Program-made: the position numbers and the translations under genes
Shown here: positions 54,701 to 64,000 of the stretch, piece by piece
Position numbering within the stretch: the stretch's first letter is position 1
Layout: every line of letters starts with the position of its first letter
The notes under the pieces: model-generated
Told to the model about the DNA's origin: nothing
What the model saw: only the letters and a program-made list of their open reading frames with translations
Database searches by the model: none
Source: Macrostomum hystrix
Lineage: Eukaryota > Animalia > Platyhelminthes
Reading direction: 5' to 3'
Length of the DNA: 64,000 nt
NCBI GenBank assembly: GCA_950097015.1
Contig: CATNEN010000008.1
Coordinates: 1,674,001-1,738,000, forward strand

Positions 54701-57700
54701 CAGTGTGTCTTGAGAAGAAGCTTCAGGGTGTCTTGAGAAGAAGCCTCAGGGCGTCTTGAGAAGAAGCTTCAGGGCGTCTTGAGAAGAAGCCTCAGTGTGT
54801 CTTGAGAAGAAGCCTCAGGGTGTCTTGAGAAGAAGCTTCAGAGTGTCTTGAGAAGAAGCTTTAGAGTGTCTTGAGAAGAAGCTTTAGAGTGTCTTGAGAA
54901 GAAGCTTTAGAGTGTCTTGAGAAGAAGTCTCAGGGTGTCTTGAGAAGAAGCTTCAGGGTGTCCTGAGAAGAAGCTTCAGTGTGTCTTGAGAAGAAGCTTC
55001 AGGGTGTCTTGAGAAGAAGCTTCAGGGTGTCTTGAGAAGAAGCCTCAGGGTGTCCTGAGAAGAAGCCTCAGGGTGTCCTGAGAAGAAGCCTCAGTGTGTC
55101 TTGAGAAGAAGCTTCAGGGTGTCCTGAGAAGAAGCCTCAGGGTGTCCTGAGAAGAAGCCTCAGTGTGTCTTGAGAAGAAGCCTCAGGGTGTCTTGAGAAG
55201 AAGCTTCAGGGTGTCCTGAGAAGAAGCCTCAGTGTGTCTTGAGAAGAAGCCTCAGGGTGTCTTGAGAAGAAGCTTCAGGGTGTCCTGAGAAGAAGCCTCA
55301 GGGTGTCTTGAGAAGAAGCTTCAGGGTGTCTTGAGAAGAAGCCTCAGGGCGTCTTGAGAAGAAGCTTCAGGGCGTCTTGAGAAGAAGCCTCAGTGTGTCT
55401 TGAGAAGAAGCCTCAGGGTGTCTTGAGAAGAAGCTTCAGGGTGTCCTGAGAAGAAGCCTCAGGGTGTCTTGAGAAGAAGCTTCAGGGTGTCTTGAGAAGA
55501 AGCCTCAGGGCGTCTTGAGAAGAAGCTTCAGGGTGTCTTGAGAAGAAGCCTCAGGGTGTCCTGAGAAGAAGCCTCAGTGTGTCTTGAGAAGAAGCTTCAG
55601 GGTGTCTTGAGAAGAAGCTTCAGGGTGTCCTGAGAAGAAGCCTCAGTGAGTCTTGAGAAGAAGCCTCAGGGTGTCTTGAGAAGAAGCTTCAGGGTGTCCT
55701 GAGAAGAAGCCTCAGGGTGTCTTGAGAAGAAGCTTCAGGGTGTCCTGAGAAGAAGCCTCAGTGTGTCTTGAGAAGAAGCCTCAGGGTGTCTTGAGAAGAA
55801 GCTTCAGGGTGTCCTGAGAAGAAGCCTCAGGGTGTCTTGAGAAGAAGCTTCAGGGTGTCTTGAGAAGAAGCCTCAGGGCGTCTTGAGAAGAAGCTTCAGA
55901 GTGTCTTGAGAAGAAGCCTCAGGGTGTCTTGAGAAGAAGCTTCAGAGTGTCTTGAGAATAAGTTTCGGGGTGTCTTGAGAAGAAGCTTCAGAGTGTCTTG
56001 AGAAGAAGCCTCAGGGTGTCTTGAGAAGAAGCTTCAGGGTGTCTTGAGAAGAAGCTTTAGAGTGTCTTGAGAAGAAGCTTCAGTGTGTCTTGAGAAGAAG
56101 CTTCAGTGTGTCTTGAGAAGAAGCCTCAGTGTGTCTTGAGAAGAAGCCTCAGGGTGTCTTGAGAAGAAGCTTCAGAGTGTCTTGAGAAGAAGCTTTAGAG
56201 TGTCTTGAGAAGAAGCTTCAGTGTGTCTTGAGAAGAAGTCTCAGGGTGTCTTGAGAAGAAGCTTCAGGGTGTCCTGAGAAGAAGCTTCAGTGTGTCTTGA
56301 GAAGAAGCTTCAGGGTGTCTTGAGAAGAAGCTTCAGGGTGTCTTGAGAAGAAGCCTCAGGGTGTCCTGAGAAGAAGCCTCAGGGTGTCCTGAGAAGAAGC
56401 CTCAGTGTGTCTTGAGAAGAAGCTTCAGGGTGTCCTGAGAAGAAGCCTCAGGGTGTCCTGAGAAGAAGCCTCAGTGTGTCTTGAGAAGAAGCCTCAGGGT
56501 GTCTTGAGAAGAAGCTTCAGGGTGTCTTGAGAAGAAGCCTCAGTGTGTCTTGAGAAGAAGCTTCAGAGTGTCTTGAGAAGAAGCCTCAGGGTGTCTTGAG
56601 AAGAAGCTTCAGAGTGTCTTGAGAAGAAGTTTCGGGGTGTCTTGAGAAGAAGCTTCAGAGTGTCTTGAGAAGAAGCCTCAGGGTGTCTTGAGAAGAAGCT
56701 TCAGGGTGTCTTGAGAAGAAGCTTCAGGGTGTCTTGAGAAGAAGCCTCAGAGTGTCTTGAGAAGAAGCCTCAGAGTGTCTTGAGAAGAAGCTTCAGGGTG
56801 TCTTGAGAAGAAGCTTCAGTGTGTCTTGAGAAGAAGCTTCAGGGTGTCTTGAGAAGAAGCCTCAGTGTGTCTTGAGAAGAAGCCTCAGTGTGTCTTGAGA
56901 AGAAGCTTCAGGGTGTCTTGAGAAGAAGCCTCAGGGCGTCTTGAGAAGAAGCTTCAGGGCGTCTTGAGAAGAAGCCTCAGTGTGTCTTGAGAAGAAGCCT
57001 CAGGGTGTCTTGAGAAGAAGCTTCAGGGTGTCCTGAGAAGAAGCCTCAGGGTGTCTTGAGAAGAAGCTTCAGAGTGTCTTGAGAAGAAGCTTTAGAGTGT
57101 CTTGAGAAGAAGTCTCAGGGTGTCTTGAGAAGAAGCTTCAGGGTGTCCTGAGAAGAAGCTTCAGTGTGTCTTGAGAAGAAGCTTCAGGGTGTCTTGAGAA
57201 GAAGCTTCAGGGTGTCTTGAGAAGAAGCCTCAGGGTGTCCTGAGAAGAAGCCTCAGGGTGTCCTGAGAAGAAGCCTCAGTGTGTCTTGAGAAGAAGCTTC
57301 AGGGTGTCCTGAGAAGAAGCCTCAGGGTGTCCTGAGAAGAAGCCTCAGTGTGTCTTGAGAAGAAGCCTCAGGGTGTCTTGAGAAGAAGCTTCAGGGTGTC
57401 CTGAGAAGAAGCCTCAGTGTGTCTTGAGAAGAAGCCTCAGGGTGTCTTGAGAAGAAGCTTCAGGGTGTCCTGAGAAGAAGCCTCAGGGTGTCTTGAGAAG
57501 AAGCTTCAGGGTGTCTTGAGAAGAAGCCTCAGGGCGTCTTGAGAAGAAGCTTCAGGGCGTCTTGAGAAGAAGCCTCAGTGTGTCTTGAGAAGAAGCCTCA
57601 GGGTGTCTTGAGAAGAAGCTTCAGGGTGTCCTGAGAAGAAGCCTCAGGGTGTCTTGAGAAGAAGCTTCAGGGTGTCTTGAGAAGAAGCCTCAGGGCGTCT

Positions 57701-58125
57701 TGAGAAGAAGCTTCAGGGTGTCTTGAGAAGAAGCCTCAGGGTGTCCTGAGAAGAAGCCTCAGTGTGTCTTGAGAAGAAGCTTCAGGGTGTCTTGAGAAGA
57801 AGCTTCAGGGTGTCCTGAGAAGAAGCCTCAGTGAGTCTTGAGAAGAAGCCTCAGGGTGTCTTGAGAAGAAGCTTCAGGGTGTCCTGAGAAGAAGCCTCAG
57901 GGTGTCTTGAGAAGAAGCTTCAGGGTGTCCTGAGAAGAAGCCTCAGTGTGTCTTGAGAAGAAGCCTCAGGGTGTCTTGAGAAGAAGCTTCAGGGTGTCCT
58001 GAGAAGAAGCCTCAGGGTGTCTTGAGAAGAAGCTTCAGGGTGTCTTGAGAAGAAGCCTCAGGGCGTCTTGAGAAGAAGCTTCAGGGCGTCTTGAGAAGAA
58101 GCTTCAGGGTGTCCTGAGAAGAAGG
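51797..58125. repeat. 23-bp satellite (GAGAAGAAGCTTCAGGGTGTCTT), ~6.3 kb
   Basis: About 275 units. Rare variants recur at a 2185-bp offset. Confidence 0.98.
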
Positions 58126-58553
58126 GTATGTTAAGTTGTTATTGTATGAGGCATCGGTTGTTTTTTTAAAACTGCCTCAGGATTGTGTAGAAGCATAAGT
58201 TGATTGTGGTGAAGTCGCGATTTATTGTCAATAAGTCTCGGTGTGTCTTTCAGGACTAATTAATGTGCACAGTGGGGTTCACAGCCTTCAGCCTAATTCG
58301 TCGTTTGTAAAATAACAAAAACAAAATACAAAAAGATTTTGTCAAAAAAATTATAAGAAACAAAAACGAGAAAGACAAATTAAAGGCAGTACAAAAAAGC
58401 TAAATAAAATGCACAAAAAGTGGTTTCATTCGTAAAGGAAAAATGTGACAAAAAAGGAACCATCTCATGTGATCGGTAAGAGTAAGACAAGAAACAGAAC
58501 ATTTTCTAATTGATACATATATTTTTCCAACGTGGTTCGCTGTGATTTTTTGT

Positions 58554-61500
58554 TCAAAGTTCGCAGTTATCGTTGGACAAGTTGCGCGGGGATGAGAGAT
58601 AGCTGAGAGTGTCCGAGTCTACTAGCTTGGAAGCGACGTCGCACAGCGGGTCAAACATCAGCTGGCAGAGCCTGACCTCCTCCATAGCCGTTTGTTCGTT
58701 TAATTTTGACAGCAAATCGGCTAATTGTTGACCGACACTGCTCAGTAAAGATAGTTGCCGTTTGGTTGCCATGGCAATGCGGGCTCTAGTGACGGCACTC
58801 AATTGTTCTTTCCTACCCTGGCAGTCTGGTGTCTCTTCAATATCAATATCAAACTTGTCTCCAAAACACTTGACAGCCAGGTGAGTGCGAGCTGTTGAAG
58901 TAATGCGAAGACAATTGAATGCAGGCTGCGGTACCGAGTCCTGGAATGGCAAACACTCGAGATTTGAGAACATAGACTAACCAAATGTAAGATAGGAAAA
59001 CCTGATTTAAGAACAAGACAATCAGATTTTAGGATAGAGCAATAAAAAATGTTGGGCGGAACAATTAACTTTTCGGATAAAATCCTGTCTTTAGCTATCT
59101 ATAAAATACACTTTTAATACAGGCACAAATTATTTAGCCAAAACTAAAATAGAAACAAATACTACTAATACTACTAAAAGCAGTTTAATAGTAGAAGACC
59201 ACGGGGTATTTCAAATACCCATATTTTTCCTTTTTTCTGTATCTCCTAAAAAATTCAAGCAATCGCCATGACAATGCAGAACACGGGCTAAAGTAAATTC
59301 TCGCCAGGGTGTCAGGTGGCAAAAACACAAATATAGGCATAAATCCCCCTGACAATTTTTGCGCTGCACCCGAACGGAGCAACGCAAGCACACGAAACTC
59401 AAGAACATGGACCAAATTTTTATTGTGCAACTTCAGAAACAATAATTAAGTCGCCAGCCCTTCAGACCTTTGAGATATTCAACGGTTCTGGGCGAAGGTC
59501 AGATTTTTCCTATAAGAGCTAGTGTATTTTATACACTTCTATATTTTATACACACAAATTAGCACTGCGCCTCAGTGCGGCCTTGCCAGGCCTTCAAACT
59601 TTATCAGCATGTCACCCGAATGTGGCTGCATCATCTCCGACTTCAGTGGTCACCGACCTTTATCTAGGCGAAGCTGCTGGATTTTCAACAAGTGATAGTT
59701 GAGTTTAGGCCAATATCGAGGCTTCATCAGCGAAAGTAGAAAAATTCGCTTTAGGGACTCCATAACCTGCTGACGGCATCGGGGTGGTGACTGATTGGTT
59801 AACAGACTAGGCGAGGGTCCTGTGGTTGAGCTGCGTCTCATATTGAGGCTTGATCAGCGAAATAGGAGAAATTTGTATCAGTGTGTCCATATTCGGCTGG
59901 TGCCACTTGTTGAAGGTCCAGCAGCTCCGTCTAGATAAAGGTCGGTGACCACTGAAGCTGGAGATGATGCAGGCACATTCGGGTGACATGCTGATAAAGT
60001 TTGAAGGCCTGGCAAGGCCGCACTGAGGCGCAGTGCCAAATCGGGGGCTTATGAAATACACTAGCTCTTATAGGAAACATCTGACCTTCGCCCAGAACTG
60101 TTGAAAAGCTGGCTACCCTGTAAAAAATTCGGCTGCTTCTTCGGCGGGTTTTTTGTGCAAAATAGGAGTGGAATCTACCGAAATCCCCCCTATCTCGCAA
60201 GAGTTAAAGAAACCACCCAGGAAGCAGCCGATGTAACCGTAAATTGTGCAGAAACCGCCGAAGAATCACCCGAACCAGTGGCCCATAGGACAACCAGAGA
60301 ATTATTTACGGGCGATTCCTCGGTGGTTTCTGAGCATGGAATCTTCCGAACTGGAGGATTCTTTGGGTGATTCCATTTCGCCACCAAGAAGCTCCGAGAA
60401 AACGCCCAGTTGGGTAGATTCTAAGCATGGAATCATCCGATTGGTATGTTTCCAGCGGTCGGCTGTTTCTTTTTCTGGAAACACCGCAGATTCCAACTGG
60501 AATCACCCAAAGAAACATCCCTATTTTTTGCGGGTACTTGATTCTTGTTTCTGAAGTAGCGCAATAAAAAGTTGGTCCATGTTTTCGAGTTTGGTCTGCT
60601 TGCTTTGCTAGTCGGAAATTCTTCCCTGAGTATAAAAACGGGCGGCAAAATGGCTCGGTAGTCCTACTGTTAAAGAGGTTTACCAGATCCGCAGTGGAAT
60701 TCTCGACGGCAGAGACTGCAGCGAAGCAGCGTGGCGCAGCAGGTGTGTATATTGCCGAGCCAACACGCAGGCCAGGCCAATTAATAAAGCAGGTGCGAAG
60801 CAGTTGCAACGGCTTGGCAACGGGCCCTGGCCTTGCTAGATGTCGCTTATCTGCTAGGCTACTGGTCAGGACAGCTTCCAAATCGCTTAGTGCCGATTCT
60901 AAACGAACGGCGAGGCGGCCGCGACGCTCCGCGGCGACTGACAGACGATCGACTTGGCAAGCGAGATTTTCCGCTTCGCGAAGAAGACGAGATGGATCGG
61001 AGCGATCTCTGCGGAGGAAAAGCAGCTCTTTATCATGTCTCGATTGCTAAGTTCCGATACGGTTCCTACCAGTGATATACGTGTTTAATTACGTTTTTTA
61101 AATCATGAAAACAAACAACGAGAGTCGTAACATGATTATAAAAAATTTAAAATAAGGATAATATCATAAACGAATACATATTAAAAAGGCATGACAAATT
61201 TCGTAACTATCTTTATAAAGAAACACTCTATTGTTACCAATAGTAATAAAAATAGAAACGCAATTCCTATTTTTTAATTAGCCAATAACAGATTAGTGAC
61301 CTTTTAATTTAATACACATCACTAGTTGCTAACGTATTTTTAGATTGTCGGTTGCTACCCAGTTTTGGATTGTCAGTTGCTACCCAGTTTTGGATTGTCA
61401 GTTGCTACCCAGTTTTGGATTGTCAGTTGCTACCTAGTTTTGGATTGTCAGTTGCTACCCAGTTTTGGATTGTCAGTTGCTACCCAGTTTTGGATTGTCG

Positions 61501-63563
61501 GTTGCTACCCAGTTTTGGATTGTCAGTTGCTACCCAGTTTTGGATTGTCGGTTGCTACCCAGTTTTGGATTGTCAGTTGCTACCCAGTTTTGGATTGTCA
61601 GTTGCTACCCAGTTTTGGATTGTCGGTTGCTACCCAGTTTTGGATTGTCAGTTGCTACCCAGTTTTGGATTGTCAGTTGCTACCCAGTTTTGGATTGTCA
61701 GTTGCTACCCAGTTTTGGATTGTCAGTTGCTACCCAGTTTTGGATTGTCAGTTGCTACCTAGTTTTGGATTGTCAGTTGCTACCCAGTTTTGGATTGTCG
61801 GTTGCTACCCAGTTTTGGATTGTCAGTTGCTACCCAGTTTTGGATTGTCAGTTGCTACCCAGTTTTGGATTGTCGGTTGCTACCCAGTTTTGGATTGTCG
61901 GTTGCTACCCAGTTTTGGATTGTCGGTTGCTACCCAGTTTTGGATTGTCGGTTGCTACCCAGTTTTGGATTGTCAGTTGCTACCCAGTTTTGGATTGTCA
62001 GTTGCTACCCAGTTTTGGATTGTCAGTTGCTACCCAGTTTTGGATTGTCAGTTGCTACCCAGTTTTAGATTGTCAGTTGCTACCCAGTTTTGGATTGTCG
62101 GTTGCTACCCAGTTTTGGATTGTCGGTTGCTACCCAGTTTTGGATTGTCAGTTGCTACCCAGTTTTGGATTGTCAGTTGCTACCCAGTTTTGGATTGTCA
62201 GTTGCTACCCAGTTTTGGATTGTCAGTTGCTACCTAGTTTTGGATTGTCAGTTGCTACCCAGTTTTGGATTGTCAGTTGCTACCCAGTTTTGGATTGTCG
62301 GTTGCTACCCAGTTTTGGATTGTCAGTTGCTACCCAGTTTTGGATTGTCGGTTGCTACCCAGTTTTGGATTGTCAGTTGCTACCCAGTTTTGGATTGTCA
62401 GTTGCTACCCAGTTTTGGATTGTCGGTTGCTACCCAGTTTTGGATTGTCAGTTGCTACCCAGTTTTGGATTGTCAGTTGCTACCCAGTTTTGGATTGTCA
62501 GTTGCTACCCAGTTTTGGATTGTCAGTTGCTACCCAGTTTTGGATTGTCAGTTGCTACCTAGTTTTGGATTGTCAGTTGCTACCCAGTTTTGGATTGTCG
62601 GTTGCTACCCAGTTTTGGATTGTCAGTTGCTACCCAGTTTTGGATTGTCAGTTGCTACACAGTTTTGGATTGTCGGTTGCTACCCAGTTTTGGATTGTCA
62701 GTTGCTACCCAGTTTTGGATTGTCAGTTGCTACCCAGTTTTGGATTGTCGGTTGCTACCCAGTTTTGGATTGTCAGTTGCTACCCAGTTTTGGATTGCCA
62801 GTTGCTACCCAGTTTTGGATTGTCGGTTGCTACCCAGTTTTGGATTGTCAGTTGCTACCCAGTTTTGGATTGTCAGTTGCTACCCAGTTTTGGATTGTCA
62901 GTTGCTACCCAGTTTTGGATTGTCGGTTGCTACCCAGTTTTGGATTGTCATTGGATTACATATTCAGTTGCTACCCAGTTTTACATATTTAGTTGCTACC
63001 CAGTTTTACATATTTAGTTGCTACCCAGTTTTACATATTCAGTTGCTAACCGAATCAGACTTACTTTAGCAAGCATAAATTGCCGAGCAGCGCTCGTTGA
63101 CACCTAGTCAGCACCCGATCCCAGCTAAATAGATACAAGCAGCCGCCGCAGGCAATCAAGGCTCCCGGCTGTAGGGCAGCCGGTCGGTCCTCCGTCACCG
63201 GCTCCCAGTTGACAAACAGGGAGGCAGCAGAGGTGGCAATCTCGGCCCAGGCGCCAGAAATTTCGATTCGCACATTGAATTCCTCTTTACATCCGTTGCC
63301 ATTGTCGCCCGTGTCAATGTCGGTGGCTTCAAAGGTTGGAGGAGACACTCGAGTAACGTCGTCATTGGCCAGAGGTATTATAGATACACTGGCTGAGCCT
63401 GCAGAAGAATACGACGATAACAGAAGCAACAGATGCGGCTCGGGAGCGGAAAGGACAGCTTCGCCAATACAAGGAGATGATACTTGAAGGCCGGGCAAGG
63501 CCGCGACTAGATCAGGATCGGTGCACAATGATCTGGTCTGCATTGACTGCTGCGCTGATGCTG
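58554..63563 (-). CDS. three probable exons of an unidentified host gene (63065-63563, 60684-61046, 58554-58976)
   Basis: GC-richer open frames with plausible splice sites. The 60684 donor and 58976 acceptor are both phase 0. The first junction is not phase-clean. No recognised domain. Confidence 0.5.
59320..60640. repeat. inverted copies of the dispersed repeat family also seen at 2.5-4.8 kb
   Basis: 59485-59695 is the reverse complement (~90%) of 59900-60095. A further partial copy lies near 60540-60600. Confidence 0.85.
61335..63045. repeat. 25-bp satellite (TTGGATTGTCAGTTGCTACCCAGTT), intronic
   Basis: About 68 units. The last ones change to TTACATATT(C/T)AGTTGCTACCCAGTT. Confidence 0.98.
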
Positions 63564-64000
63564 CTGAAGATTTTGCCAATATGGTGATAGTTTGATGAAT
63601 TTCTTATTGACTGGGTAACCAGATTATCTACTAAGACATTACACTTATTTAAATATATATTATTTGCTTTGATGTGTCTTAGCTGTATAACCAGCTCAAA
63701 ATAATTTGAAATATATATATCCTTTAACATAGGCTGCTATCTAGAAATGTATTTGTTCGAACATAGAAATATAGATTATAACTTTTGTGACATTTTCTTC
63801 CTAATTATTTATCTAACCAACTTTTTGGTTTGAATTAGTGGTTCACTGGTTCTCTTTTTCGATATTCTGTCTAATTAGAATTTTTGCAAGAAATAAAGTC
63901 CAAGACTTGAATAAGAAGAAAGTAAAAATGTAAGTAAAAAAGGCTATGGCCTAAAAAGCCAATTCATTTTTTTGTAAAAATGCAAAAATTATTATTGTTA

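Noticed and set aside
51797-58125. aGAAg-cTTCa in the 23-mer as a massive HSE array
   Set aside because: Each monomer has only two pentamers, and about half carry CCTC. Functional HSEs need three contiguous units.
41709-63045. 20-25-bp tandem arrays as CRISPR arrays
   Set aside because: The monomers are head-to-tail with no unique spacers, there are no cas genes, and the context is eukaryotic.
61352-63069. Long ORFs DCQLLPSFGLSVATQFWIV...
   Set aside because: These are artefacts of the 25-bp satellite cycling through all frames.

Overview
Eukaryotic (invertebrate animal) genomic DNA rich in transposons and satellites. Its style suggests a Macrostomum-type flatworm, but that is inference. 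Mobile elements, left to right: two mariner elements with unusually long TIRs; an internally deleted THAP/P-element with an 8-bp TSD; an IS630/Tc1-like fragment; a truncated Crypton; EnSpm/CACTA transposase remnants; an Ingi-clade LINE (HDV-like ribozyme fold at its 5' end, 2A-like peptide, PHD-like fingers, APE, RT, RNase H, 13-bp TSD); a second Crypton with an uninterrupted tyrosine recombinase ORF; a 9-bp-TSD foldback (MULE-like) element; a solo LTR; an RTE fragment; an intact young Ty3/Gypsy element; SINE-like remnants. Host-type coding sequence, all on the minus strand: a divergent ETS-domain exon; a Gly-rich/CCHC/RS RNA-binding gene interrupted by the Ingi; a phase-consistent 4-exon C14orf93/DUF4616-like gene; and exons of an unidentified gene. 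Six satellite arrays lie in introns and between genes. Highlights: (1) the two ends of the intact Crypton reconstruct a loxP-like site, and its empty target is visible in an inverted duplicate arm; (2) the Ingi ribozyme plus 2A module sits in sense inside a host exon; (3) a three-HSE plus TATA heat-shock promoter has no hsp gene and points at CACTA transposase remnants. All calls come from manual reading; no database searches were run.
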